NCBI GenBank assembly: GCA_965263035.1
Contig: OZ253580.1
Coordinates: 1 to 64,000, forward strand
DNA length: 64,000 nucleotides
Reading direction: 5' to 3'
DNA from: Acidobacteriota bacterium
Lineage (GTDB): Bacteria > Acidobacteriota > UBA6911 > RPQK01 > JAJDTT01
The translations under genes and the position numbers were made by a program. The notes under the pieces were generated by a model. The model had not been told where the DNA came from. It made no database searches and saw only the letters and a list, made by a program, of their open reading frames with translations. How positions within the stretch are numbered: position 1 is the stretch's first letter; each line of letters starts with the position of its first letter. Positions 1 to 12,402 of this stretch are shown here, piece after piece.

Positions 1-223
1 GCTCCGGTGCCCCTCGTCCAGATCGGCCTGCTTGACCCACTTCCGGATCGCCGAAGCCGAGGGCTCGAACTCCCCCGCCAGTGCCTCCGGCGATCGCCCC
101 GAGCGCACCAGCCCTACGATCTCCCGCCGGAACTCCGGCGGATACCGTCTCTGCTTTCTTGCCATCGTGGATCCCTCCTTACTCCCCTACTTTGGATGTG
201 TCCACGAAAGCGGGTCAACTCCA
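1..223 (-). mobile_element. IS3-family element, left end and start of OrfA (runs off window)
   Basis: Reverse complement of 33272-33494; IRL TGGAGTTGACCCGCTTTCGTGGAC starts at 223. Confidence 0.9.
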
Positions 224-1403
224 AATCACTGACGGCGGTCCACTGGTCTTTTTCACTCAGGTCCGCACTCATGTCGAATTCCGCATCGGGCACAACGTCC
301 ACACCCTGCGCATTAGTCTGATCGACCGTGACCCCTCCGCCAACTGAATGCATTTTGGGATCAGTAAGGCCCTCGGGTGCAGGCAGTCGGATTTGTAGTT
401 GCTCGCTCACTACAGGATCATCGGTCAGATGAACTGTCTCGCTAGCTACTCTCCAGGCCGCCCAATGATCATATTCCTCCACAAATCCATCCTCATCGGA
501 GCTGGTACCCGTGAGGAATTCCTCCAGGAACTTGGTATTCCATCCCGCACTTCGAGTCGAAGTATCCGCCGATCTGGTCTGGGCAGATTCTTCGTTTTCG
601 GATTCTGACCCAGAGGAGAAATCGATCGGCGGAATATAATCGAGGGACCGATCCTCGACTAGACTGGGATCCAGCTGCTCCGCAAGTTGGTCATAATAGT
701 CGGTCGTGAGCCCGCCGCGGCGGTCGATTTCCTCGCGAATCTGACGACGAATCGCACTGGGCTGGACCTGTTGACCCCGCACCACGATCGGGATCCAGGG
801 ATCTCCCAGGAAGTGTGCGATCACACGGGCATTCGGATTCTCGCGCTTGATGACCGGATGCAGCTCTTCCAGAGTGTCGACGAAGAATCGCACCAAGTCG
901 TTGACTGCGAGTTGATTCCCTTGGCAGTCGACGAAGACCGAGAAATGCGGTTCGGGGCCGACGATCCAGTTGTCGATCTCCGGAAAACCTCGGATGATGG
1001 TGCCCCACATCTGAGTTCGCAGATCGATCAATCGACGATATTCTTGTCCGCCGAGAGCCGGGATACAGTGAAGCCTGGACTCTGGAACAGCCACGCCGGT
1101 GATATCTAAATGTGGCCCGAAGTCGGGCTCCAGTGCAGCATGCGCAAAGGAGGGAAAGATCCATATTGGCAAGGTGCCGAGTTCGGTGACTCCTGAATCG
1201 GGATTATCCCGGATGACCGAGCGTCTCCGGTTGGACGAGGTCTGATTTAGCGCACCAGGTCCATCCTGGCCATGAAAGAGATCCCTTACAGACAACGTGT
1301 GGGTCCTGTACCGCGCTTTCTTCTGAGCTTGAGTGTTAGAGTTCTCAAGCAACAGGCCTGAAATGACGACGATCATGACGCAGGATGTTGCCTTGAACTT
1401 CAT
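224..1403 (-). pseudogene. Secreted hypothetical protein, C-terminus truncated by IS3
   Basis: Signal-peptide-like start MKFKATSCVMIVVISGLLL after GGAGG; the frame runs into the IS3 end at 223. Confidence 0.6.
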
Positions 1404-1438
1404 GGGGTTTCCTCCCTGTTTGCACTCGAGGTCGCAAC

Positions 1439-4400
1439 TCATGGGTCTCCACAGCGGCAGTTGCGACGAATAAAAACCGTCATTGTTACGGTTGTTGAGC
1501 GCACGGTCTGCCCGCTAGTACCTGTGACGGTAAATCTCATCGTGCCCTCACTCACCGTTGAGTTAGCGACAATGGTGAGGGTGGAAGGCGGATAGGAAGA
1601 CTGTAGGATGCCCCGCTCCAGATTGACGGTACTGGGAGAAAAGGAACCCGTTACACCCGTCCCCAGGCCAGACACGGTCAGCTCTACTGGCGAAGAGAAT
1701 CCTCTTAGGCGATTCACCATCACCGTGTAGGTCTGAGAACAGTAGTGTGTGTCTGCGCAGTTTGGATCTCCCGAGGGAGCCCGTGCCACGTCCCTGCTCC
1801 AGGGCAACACAGATAAGGAGAAATCCGGCCCGGGCACTGCGATGTTGATCGTAGTGGTGCGGGTCAGAGTCCCGCCTGTTCCGGTAATGGTGAGTTGATG
1901 GTTGCCCGGAGTCGCACTGTCAGAGACTTTGACTTTCAGATGAACATCGCCGTCCCCGTCGGGAAGCGTGAACGTCGGGTTCGAGGTGGTGGCTGAGTCG
2001 GCCGGCAGCAATTCATTGGAGAAGCCACCGGTGAGTCCCGAACCGAGGCCGGAGACACTCAACTCCACGGCGGAGCTGAAGCTGGTGTTTCGGTCCACCG
2101 TCACGTGATAGATCCGGAAGGCGCCTGGTTCGATGGTGTTGCTTTCAGGCGAGACGGAGAGTTGGAAATCAGGAGGTTCGGGCACTTCGGCGACGGCGGT
2201 GACGGCGGTGACGGCTTGGCGGGTGGGCGATCCGGTTCTGGGGGTGGCGGTGGCGTTGATGATGAAGGTTTCCTCGCCGGGGGCGGCGTTAGCAAGGGCG
2301 GTGATGGTGAGGACCGAGGAGTTGCCGATGTTGATGGGGTCGTCCGAGAACTCGCCTCGGAATCCCGCGTCCAGATCCCGCAGGCTCAGGGAGACGGGAT
2401 CGTTCCGGCCGCGTATCGGCGCGATGCGCACGGTGTAGGTTTTGGATGCGTCCGGGGCGATGGTGCGGCGAGTGGGCGAGACCGTCAGTTGGAAGTCATT
2501 GGCCCCCGGACTCCGGACGTTCACGTTGGCAGTGACGGAATCCGTCACCCCGGCCGCACTGCCGGTGATGGTGAACTGGTCGTTGCCGGTACTGGCTGGT
2601 TCGCCGACCACCACCGTGAGCCGGGAGCTGTTCTCCGAATCCGAATTCGGGACCGGGTTGACCGAAAAGGAGGGGGTGTTGCGGCTCGACAGGCGTGACA
2701 CGGAAAGCGTCACGGGAGCCGAGAATCCGCCGGTGCGATTCACCGTCACCGTGAAGGAGCCCCGGTCTCCCTTCGTGACATTCCTCCTTTCGGGAGAGAC
2801 CGAGAGGGTGAAGCTGCCGGTTTGCTGGGCCTCGGCCACCACGACCGTCGCTGGGAGCTCCCGGGTCAGGGAGCCGCCCGTGGCGGTGATGATGAAACCG
2901 TAGCTGCCGGCCGTAGCGTCGGCCGTGGCGCTGACGGTCAGCGTGGAAGCCGGGTTCGGGTTCGCCGTCGTGGGCGTCACCGAGGTGGGCGAGAAGATGC
3001 CGGTCACCCCCGCGGGCAGGCCCGAGGTCCCCAGGGTCACCTCAGAGGAGAACCCCCCCGTGGCGGTTACCGTCACCTGAGACGTCTGTGGCGTGTCCGA
3101 ATCGACGTTGACCGTCGTCGGGTTGGCCGAGAGCGTGAACCCGGCGCTGGAGACCTGGATCATCCCGGTCCCCGTGCAGCTGCCCCGGGTCCCCGTCGCC
3201 GTGACGGTGAAACTGCCGGATGCGGCCGGAGCCGTCGAGGACGCCCTCAGGGTCAGCGTCGAGTCCGAATCACTGTTCGTCACCGTGACGGGATTGAACT
3301 GTCCCGTCACTCCGGTGGGGAGCCCCGAGACGCCGAGGTCAAACGAAAAGGCGCTCCCGACCACGGAATTCAGCCTCGCGGAGACCGCCACGGTCCCGGA
3401 GGATCCCGTCGCCACTCGCAGGCTCGTCGGGTCCAGCGTCAGGATGCAGGCCGGTGTGCTGGTCACCACGACCGTGTCCGTGTCCGAAGCGCTCAGAGTC
3501 CCGCTGGTCCCGGTCACGGTGAAGTCCGCCCCTCCGAGAGTGGCGTCCGAGGCGGCCGTCAGCGTCAGCACCGAGGTCCAGGCCGGCGTCGAGCCCGAAG
3601 TTGCCGGGTTGGGGGAGAAGTCGCCCGTCACGCCCGTGGGCAGATCCGAGACCGCAAGCGCCACGTTCGACGTGAACCCATCATCCGGCGTCACCGTGAC
3701 CGTGTAGGCGGCCGTGGCGCCCCGCTGCAGGTTGGCGCTCTCGGGAGTGACCGCCACCCGGAACGCGGGACGCGTGATCTCGATAGGCACCATGATGGAT
3801 CGTGGACAGCCGTGCGCCGTCCCCGTCACCGTGATATCCGCCTCGCCCAGGTCCGCAGTCGATATGGCCGTCAACGTCAGCGTCGAGGCCGAACCCGTGG
3901 ACGTGGGAGACAACGTCCCCGTCACTCCCGCGGGCAGATCCGAGACCGACAAGCATCACGTTCGACGTGAATCCCGCATCCGGCGTCACCGTGATCGTGT
4001 CTCCGGCCGAGCTCCCCTGCGCCACTCGTATCCTCTCCGCCGGCGGCGACAGCGAGAACCCCTTCACCACGACGACGTCCGAATCGGAGTCCGCCGCGCC
4101 GCCGCCGGTACCCCTGACGGTGAACGTGTCCGACCCCAGAGATGCATTGCAACTGGTGGTGACCGTCAGCACCGAGGTCCAGGCCGGTGTCGAGTCCGAC
4201 GTCGCCGGATTGGGGGAGAAGCTCCCCGTCAACCCCGTCCCCAGACCCGAGACGGCCAGCGTCACGTTCGACGTGAAACTCTCTTCCGGGTCCACCTCCA
4301 CGTCGTAGGTCCGCGACGAGCCCCGATCCACGTCCCCACTCTCCGGCGTCATCAACACCTCGAACCCGGGATCCGGATCTGTCGGCGAGTCGACAACGAC

Positions 4401-6026
4401 CACTTCGTCGGTGTCCGAGTCGCTACACCCGCCGCCGGTGCCCTCCACGGTGAACTGGATCGCATCCAAATCCGTGTCGGTGTCGGCACTCAGGGTCAGC
4501 GTCGCGGTCCCGGTGGCCGATATCGAGGTGCGGGACCACTCGTGCGGCACGTCTGAAGGCAGCCCCGTGACCCGCAGCCGGACCGAGGACGAGAATCCCG
4601 AATCCACAGTCACGGTGGTCGTGTAGTGGACCGAGGCCCCCCGCTCCAGATTCTGGGTCTCCGGGGAGTTGGACACCGAGAAGCCTTTGACATCCACCGT
4701 GGCCGAGTCGCTGTGACTGAATCCCCCTCCCGTCCCCGTCACCGTGAAGGAGTCCGGACCTCGGGTGGCGCTGCAACTGGCACTGATCGTCAGATCCACT
4801 GTGTCCCGGGGCGTGATCGGATTGCGGGAGAAGCTCCACGTCAGACCCGTCCCCAAACCCGAGACGCTCAACGTCACCGGCCTCGAGAAGCCGTCGATCG
4901 AATGGACCGTCACCGTGAAGTGACGCGACGAGCCTCGATCCACGTTCGCCCGTGTCGGCGTCACCTCCACCTCGAAACTCGGCACCACCAGATAGCCCGT
5001 CGCCGTGCGCGTCTTCCCTCCCCCCGTGCCCGTCACCGTGAACGTATGCCGCCCCGGCCGGGACGACGAACCGACGTCAATCGTCAGCCTCGAGGTCCCC
5101 GTCGGCGTGACCGATGTCGGCGAAAAGCTCCCCGTCACCCCCGAAGGGAGACCGGAGACACTCAAGGAAACCGACGAGGAGAATCCGTGAAGGGCCGTCA
5201 CCGTCACCGTCGTCGTCCCGTTGTCCCCCCGATACGCCGTCACGTGGTTCGGGCTCACCGAGACCTCGAAATCCGGCGGGTCCGGCGGCGGCAAGGGAGG
5301 CTTGACGACCAGGTTCACACTGCTCGTGAACCACGTGCTCGCCTGCGTGTTCTTGTACCCCGTGAACACATAGCTTCCCACCTGGCTGTCCAGCGTCGGC
5401 GTCGCGCTCGCCCGGCCGTTGGCGTCCAGCGTCGGCCAGCCCGTGATCGTCTGCACCGCGCCCCCGTCCTTGCGGTAGCGCAGATCCAGCGTAATGTTCG
5501 CCGCGTTGCCCGCACTCATCGTGTAGGCCTCGTTCAGCCGCACCATGCCCGGTGAGATCGAAAACGACGTCGGCTGGCGGGCCGTCACCGTCACCCTCCC
5601 CGAGGCCGTGCGCTCCAGCCCGTTGTCCGCGGTCCCGGTTACCGTGAAGTCGGAACTGCCCAGCGTTGCACTGTTGCCGGCCGTGATCGTGAACGTCGTT
5701 GAGGTGTCCGACGAGGACAACGTCCCCAGTGAGGAACTCGTCAGACCCGTTCCCAACCCGCTGATCGTCAGAGAGATCTCGTCGTCGAACCCGTCCCCTT
5801 CGATGGAGACCTCCACCGTGTAGGTCCGAGACGACCGCTGCACCACGCTCCCCGTCGAAGGCGAGATCGTCAACGTGAAATCATGCACGACGCGCTCGTC
5901 GTTATCCCCGTCCCCGCCCTCTTGGCCCAGGACGCCGCCCACGGCCATCAGGCCCAGCAGCACCAGAACCAGGACATGTCTCGGCCACAGGGTCAGGGGC
6001 GAACACCCCGTCCAGACGTGCATCAT
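1439..6026 (-). pseudogene. Large secreted Ser/Thr-rich Ig-like repeat surface protein, frameshifted near 3950
   Basis: ORFs 3681-6026 and 1439-3952 share the repeat FxLSVSP...V.LSVSGLP.G.TG.FSP...FTVTGT; one extra base at ~3949 relative to the sister repeat at ~3650; signal peptide present. Confidence 0.8.
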
Positions 6027-6644
6027 CGGTCCTTCCCTCGATCTTCGCTGCGGGAGGCGGGTCCGGAGCCCTGAACTCGGCCGCCACGGGGCGCAATGGC
6101 CCTACGAATGCGCGGTCCGAGAGTGGCGCCTGGGCTGGGGTCCGCACCTCGAAACCCGGCCGGCGCCCCCGGTGATCCATCACCGAAAACGCCGGCCTCG
6201 CTGAGACGTAAACGCCCCGGGCCGGAGAAAAAACAGAGATAGTAGTGGAATAGAATGGCTACCAGGTTGACTCCTCCTCCGACATAGGACGAGTTGGCTT
6301 AGAGCCTGTCACGTGCGTCACCACTCGGCAGGCTCGCCTACAAGAACGAGAGGTTAGACCAGCGGCCTGACATTACTTTCTGGAGGCCGGGAATCCAGGG
6401 GCCAAACAGGGCCCCGGTCTTTAGGGGGAAGCTCCCGAAATGCCCTGCTATAGCGGGAACAACGAGTACCTTGCAGGACCCCGGAAACCCCGCCTGACCG
6501 CTTCCCTGCCCCGTCTCAGGAAGAGTTCTGACGAGGAGGGCAGCGGAAGAACTACCGGAAGGTGAGCGAGAACCGGGAAGACGCCGGGACCGGTTCCTGG
6601 ACGCGGCGGATGGCCGTCGCCACCCGGAGGCGCGACGGCTGACC

Positions 6645-7867
6645 TAGTACCCCATAACATGTAATTGGTCGTATGCTATAGTAGGAGGCTGGAGAACTCG
6701 GAAGGAGGGGTTCTCATGGCACCACGCTATCGTGTCACGCTCACTGTGGAAGAGCGCGCGGAATTGAAGGCATTGACCCGGGCCGCGACCAAGACCACCG
6801 GCAAGCGGTTCCTGTACGCACGGGCTCTATTGTTGTGCGACCGCGGGTCGGAGGGGCCGGGATGGACCGTGGCCCGGGTGGCCGAGGCGCTGGGCGTCTC
6901 AGTCCGCACGGTCGAGCGCTTGAAACGGCGGTTTGTGGAGCAGGGTCTGGAGTTCGCCTTGGAGCGCAAGCGGCGGGTGCGGCCGCCGCGGGAAGTCATC
7001 TTCGACGGCGTGTTCGAGGCTCGCTTGGTCGCCTTGGCCTGTTCCCAGGCCCCGCCGGGGCGGAAGCGCTGGACCCTGCGCCTGCTGGCGGAGAAAGCAG
7101 TGGAACTGGGCTGGGTCGAACGGGTGTCGGTGATGACGGTGCAGCGGACGCTAAAAAAAACCAACTACAGCCTCATCGGAAGAAGTATTGGCGGATCCCG
7201 CCGCGGGGCAGCGCCGCATTTGTAGCCTGCATGGAGGACGTTTTGGAAGTCTATGCCCGTGCCTACCATCCCCGTCGGCCGGTGGTCTGCATGGATGAGA
7301 CCCACAAGCAGTTGATCGGCGAAGTGCGGGAGCCGCTGCCCGTGGAGCCGGGCCAGCCGGAGCGGATCGAGCACGAGTACGTGCGCAACGGGGTCGCGCA
7401 GATCTTCCTGGAGGTGGAGCCGCTGACCGGCCGCAGCCATGTGGAGGCGGGCGAGCGGCGTACGCGCCAGGATTGGGCCCGCTGGATTGAGGGCATGCTG
7501 GAGAGGCGATATCCGGAGGCCGAGCGGGTGGTCCTGGTCATGGACAACCTGAACACGCACGGAATCGAATCGCTGTACGCGACCTACGAGCCCCGACACG
7601 CTCGCCAACTGGCGGAACGACTCGAAATCCATTACACGCCGAAGCACGGGAGCTGGCTCAACATTGCGGAAATCGAACTGAGCACGCTGTGCGGACAATG
7701 CCTCGACCGCCGCATTCCAAGCTTGGCCCAGATGCAACGCGAGATCGAGGCTTGGGTCGGCGATCGGAATCAACGGCAAACCGAGATCAACTGGCAATTC
7801 AAGACGGAGGATGCACGGATCAAGCTGAAGAGCCTGTACCCGAAGCTTTAAGTGTTAGTAGGTACTA
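6645..7867 (+). mobile_element. IS630-family element
   Basis: TA duplication at a CTAG site; imperfect TIRs GTACCCCATAACA / GTACCTACTAACA. Confidence 0.9.
6716..7851 (+). CDS. IS630 transposase, two frames joined at an A8 run (~7153-7160)
   Basis: N-terminal HTH ORF plus DDE ORF (VVCMDE, VMDNLNTH, SWLNIAEIE). Confidence 0.9.
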
Positions 7868-7873
7868 GCTTCG

Positions 7874-8533
7874 TTGATGGACGCCCTCCTGTCCAGGCCG
7901 GAGGGCGTCGCTTGGTCTGTGCTGGTCGCGAAAGCCAAGGCGTACAGCGACAAGCACGGGTTGACCACTTCTGTCACGGTCGGTCTCTGCCGCGCGCACG
8001 CGAAGTTCCGGGCGCGCAAAGATGGCGTCACTTTCGTCGATGATGGTGAGATTGGAAAGCTCGTCCTGAATTCGGATCATCCACTGGGGCGGAAGGAACT
8101 CGTCGAGCGGGTCGCGGGAACACGCCGGAACAGGAGAGATCTTCCTGGTACTGCTCCGGTCAAGTATGAGCCAAAAGACTACGATATAGGGGATGGGTGC
8201 AGCTATGTGTATGCCTACTACTTTCCCGAATACCGCAAAAAGGGGGAGGTTGATTTCCCGATCAAGATAGGACGCTCGATCGAGTATCGAGGACGGATCG
8301 AAACCCAAAGTCGAGCAACGGGGATGCCAGAAGAACCAGAGGTCGCAGTAGTGTGGCGAACGGACAAGCCAGTGGCGGCGGAGAGGCTGTTGCACGAACA
8401 CTTGAAATTCCGTGGCAAGCACAAAACTGATTCTCCAGGGACCGAATGGTTCCAGACATCACCCGATGAAATCCGACAAATCATTGAGAGCATTCACCCC
8501 GGCGTGAGTATCCGGAGCATCCTGCCGGCTTAG
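7874..8533 (+). CDS. T5orf172/GIY-YIG-like domain protein (5' end possibly clipped by IS630)
   Basis: YVYAY...IKIGRS...AERLLHEHL...GTEWF motifs. Confidence 0.75.
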   Translation: MMDALLSRPEGVAWSVLVAKAKAYSDKHGLTTSVTVGLCRAHAKFRARKDGVTFVDDGEIGKLVLNSDHPLGRKELVERVAGTRRNRRDLPGTAPVKYEPKDYDIGDGCSYVYAYYFPEYRKKGEVDFPIKIGRSIEYRGRIETQSRATGMPEEPEVAVVWRTDKPVAAERLLHEHLKFRGKHKTDSPGTEWFQTSPDEIRQIIESIHPGVSIRSILPA

Positions 8534-8544
8534 GAGACTTAGAC

Positions 8545-8711
8545 CTAGGAGCCTGCGCCGCAGAAATTGATCTACTGCGAAAGCGGTAGAATCGGTCCAT
8601 ATTTCCTCGATTTCTCGGCGAATAGAACAACTATGCACCTCCAAATCGAGAAAATCCGGCCTCGATTCCCCACTTTCTCGCTACGATCATTTCTACCGCG
8701 CAGACTCCTAG
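8545..8711. mobile_element. MITE-A copy 1
   Basis: 167 bp including flanks; TIRs GGAGCCTGCGC/GCGCAGACTCC; TA duplication at CTAG; no ORF; 5 near-identical copies in window. Confidence 0.9.
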
Positions 8712-8721
8712 CGGGGAAACC

Positions 8722-8749
8722 AGAAAAAGGGGACAGTTACCTTCTTTAC
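8722..8749 (-). repeat. GTAG-type REP-like palindrome (also 11976-12002, 52407-52432, 56717-56742)
   Basis: Consensus GTARARAAGRKRACTGTCCCCTTYTY; AGAAGG...CCTTCT stem after GTAG/GTAA. Confidence 0.6.
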
Positions 8750-8912
8750 TCCCGCCCTCGTTCATTCGGCGAACTCGGATCAGCCCTATCCCCCACCCCT
8801 GACCCCCGCTTTCCCGCTCGGGACGTGACTTTGTGCCGTCACTCTCTTTCCCAACCCGGCGAGCCCATGTCTGTGCCGCCTCCTGTGGGACTCCATCGCG
8901 GATGCAGGGTCC

Positions 8913-11268
8913 TCACAGGTCGCCCGGTCTGGGCATGCGGTAGCCGACTTGGCGCTCGGTGAAGATGTAGGCTGGACTGGCCGCGTCATCGCCCAGCTTG
9001 CGGCGGAGCCTCTTCACGAAGGCGTGCACCACCCGATGGTCGCCGGATTCCCGCCGGTCCCAGACTTGGCGCAGCAGGGAATCGTACGTCAGGATCCGGC
9101 CCGCGTTGACCGAGAGTGCTCGGAGCAGCTCGTATTCGGTAGCCGTAAGTTGCACCGGCCGGCCACCGTCACCCGGCGGGCCTCATAGTGGATGGCCAGA
9201 TCCCGCAACCGAAAGGGTTCCGGCGGCTCGTGCCGCCGGCGCAGGGCCGCGCGGACTCTTGCCGTCAACTCCGTCGGCGAGAAAGGCTTGACGATGTAAT
9301 CGACGGCTCCGGCCTCGAAGGCCCTTGCAATCGTCTCGTCCCTCCCGTAGCCGGAGATGAAGATGACCGGCAAATCAGCCAGCTCGGGGACATGCTCCAT
9401 CAATTCGATTCCATCGGTCCCGGGAAGCATCAGGTCCAACAGGACCAGGCGGGGCTTCTCCGTCTTGATGAGGTCGGATACCTCGCGCGGGTCGCCCGTC
9501 ACGAGCGGCACGTATCCTGCCCCCATCAAAGCGTCACGAACGTACCGGAGCGTCTGCGGGTCGTCGTCCACCACCAGGATGCGCGTTCGTTCCTGGCCGT
9601 CCCGAGACGCGTTGGACGAACTCCGGGCGAAGCCGGACCCGGCTCCGGGGCCGGCCTCGTGGACCACTGGAATCGTGAAGGTGAACCGTGTTCCCAGGCC
9701 CACCCCGCCACTCTCGGCCCGGATGCGCCCCCCGTGCGCCTCCACCAGACCCTTGCAGATGGCCAGCCCCAGGCCGGACCCGCCGATCCCGCGATTGTCG
9801 CCGCTCACGCGCGCGTGCTTCCGGAAGGCAGGTGCGGCAACAGTTCCGGCGGCACTCCCAGGCCTTCGTCGGCGACGGAGATCGCCACGTGGACGCCATC
9901 CCGGGCCGCGACGACCCGGATGGGGGACGACTCGGGAGAGTGCCTGGAAGCGTTGGACAAGAGATTGTTCAAGACTTGGATGATCCGCCGCTTGTCGGCC
10001 ATCACCCGGGGCAGGTCCGGAGGCAGGTCGATGCGGATAGTGTGCCGGCCGCCGCCACTCAGGAACGTGTTTCTGGCCTGGTCCACCAGGCCGGCCACGT
10101 CGGTGGGATCGGGGGTGACCGACAGCGTGCCCGTCTCGATGCGCCCCGCATCCAACAGGTCGCTGATCAGGCCGCGCATGTGATCGGCCTGCTCGTCGAT
10201 GATGCGGAAGAACTGGAGCAATTCGGCCGGGTCGGGCGCCGGAGACGCCCCGAGTACCGTAGCGGTCGAGCCCTTGATGGAGGTCAGCGGAGCCCGCAGC
10301 TCGTGGCTCACCATGCCCAGGAACTCGGCCCGCAACCGCTCCAACTCCTCCAGAGGAGCCAAATCCTGCATAGTGACGACCACCGACTCGATCGTGCCGT
10401 CCTCGGAACGGATTGGCGCAGCGTTCATCAGCGTCGTGACACTCCGGCCGTCGGGCACCTGAAGGACGATCTCCTCGGCGCGGATCGTCGAAGCGTTGCT
10501 CATCGCCTGAGCTGCGGGAAATTCTTCCAGCGAGATTTCCCATCCGTCAGGGCGGCGCAACGTCACTACCTCCAGCAGATCCTCCACGCCGCGGCCCGGC
10601 GAGAGCAGGCCTCCGACAATCCGCTTTACCTCCCGATTGAACGACACCGCCTTGCCGGACTTGGCATCGAAGACCGCGACGCCCACGGGCGAGATGTCGA
10701 CCAAGGCCTCCAGGTCGGCCCGGGCCCGCTGTTCGTTTCGGAAGGCGCGGGCGTTCGCAATCGCCGTCGCCGCCTGCGCCGCGAACAACACCAGGACCTC
10801 TTCATCCTCGCTCGTGAACCCCTGTCCGTCTTCCTTCCCAGCGAGAAAGAAATTGCCGACTTGGACGCCCTGATGATGCATTGGAGTACCCTGGAAGGTG
10901 GACGGCGGCAGCACATCCAGGGAATAGCCGAGCGATCGGACGAAACCGTGCAGGTCCCGGAGTCTCAGAGGTCCCGGAAGATCACGTAGGTGCTCGAAGA
11001 AACGCCAATTATCGGGCCAGTCCAGCATCCGCCGATGGTCGTCGGGAGTCAGGCCGGATAAGACGAAGTCCTGGGGCTGTCTAGATTCGTCGAGGATCGT
11101 GATGGCTCCGTAGCGAGCGCCGGTGAGCTCGCGGGCGCTTTCCACAACCTCGCGCAGGACGGTGTTGAGGTCCAGGCTCGAGCTGATGCGCAGGCTGGCG
11201 GCGCTCAGCTTGGAGATGCGATCCCGCAGCGCCTCCATCCCTCGCCTCAGTTCGTCTGGACTCTGCAT
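8913..11268 (-). pseudogene. Hybrid sensor kinase/response regulator (GAF-PAS-HisKA-HATPase-REC-wHTH) with two frameshifts (~9830, ~9150)
   Basis: [13 protein letters not shown]-box, NNLLSNA N-box, [11 protein letters not shown]-box, ILVVDDD REC, OmpR-type C-terminus, spread over three ORFs. Confidence 0.85.
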
Positions 11269-11589
11269 TCGCCCTTCTTTTTCGGCCCCTGGACCGAGCC
11301 CCGTTCAGCGTCCCCAGGCATCGACTCGATGGAGGAGCCGGGTTGGAGACACATTGACTCTGTGGGATCCAATAATAGGGTCTTCGGATGATAATTCACG
11401 GTATTGGCAGTAGATACACCCCTATTGTCATCTAAAGTTCACTTATTTGCTGTATATTTCTGAAGGTGGCTTTCCATTCAGTGCTGTGGGTGACGTTTTG
11501 TCCCGCTATCTTCTGCGGAGAACCCATCACCATTGCATAGAGATCACAAGTCACCCCGGAGGGAACTAGAAAGTAGGGCTCCGAGGAAA

Positions 11590-11796
11590 ATGACGAAAGC
11601 GAAGGGATCTCCTGTCATTAGAGAGTCGCCGGATCAACAGATCGCCAAGACCGGTGAGCCTTGTAAGGTCCCCGGCTTATACGAATCGGACTGCCGCCAT
11701 CGGGAAAGGAAGCTGATCCGCCAAGGGGCGGCATTCCCCTGCTGCATGGCGGGTCGGCACGTCGTCTCCTGGCATCTGGTCAGGTCGATTCGTTAA
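11590..11796 (+). CDS. Small YjzC-like Cys-containing protein
   Basis: KTGEPCKVPGLYESDC...GAAFPCC pattern; SD GAGG; paralog at 15674. Confidence 0.6.
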   Translation: MTKAKGSPVIRESPDQQIAKTGEPCKVPGLYESDCRHRERKLIRQGAAFPCCMAGRHVVSWHLVRSIR

Positions 11797-12402
11797 GAGG
11801 CCCGTTAATCCCTCTTGCGACAACGCTAACGGCATCGCGTCGTTGCAACGCCGCGGCGAGTTCTCGAAGGCGATCGATCCGACCGCCGCCCCCTCCCAGC
11901 CATGCAGGTAGTGTGGTGGGTTCCTGATCAGCCGACCTCCTGTTCCGTACGTTCCCGGTCTTGCGCGGTAGTGGTGTAGAAAAGGTAACTGTCCCCTTCT
12001 CCCGCTTTTCTCCCCTTCTCCCGCTTTTCCTATCTTAGCCGGTAGGGATCCACGACCTCGCTGCTGACCGTAACCTTGTGTGGGGGTCTGCTGGCCGCGC
12101 TGGAGCCAGCCACGGGCAAGCTGGAGAAGATCGATCCGGGCCGAGGGAAGATAAGTTTCAGCTCCATCATGATGCCGCCCGGCTCCCGGGCGACCTCCTT
12201 TCCCGGTTGGGGCTTCGCAGGCCGAGGCGAGGGGAAGGGGTACTGGGCTCGCTAAAGCGAACCCCATCCAGAGCGGCCACGATTCTGGCGACTGCTGCCA
12301 ACTGAACCTTGAGATTCATCCGCCCAATACTGGGTGAAGACAATCTCATCGAGTATTCCCAGCGCCGTAACACGGCCTGTCAAGTTGAATCGTGCAGAAC
12401 TG

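Noticed and set aside
6245-6340. Possible leader RNA or hairpin (GAGCCTG...CAGGCTC) upstream of the surface protein
   Set aside because: A single hairpin with no recognisable riboswitch consensus
8567-8962. ORFs starting MIYCESG/MFYSPRN/MEVHSCS (also at 14369, 16114, 16989, 18819, 19055, 24481)
   Set aside because: The starts come from MITE-A sequence; these are artefactual fusions
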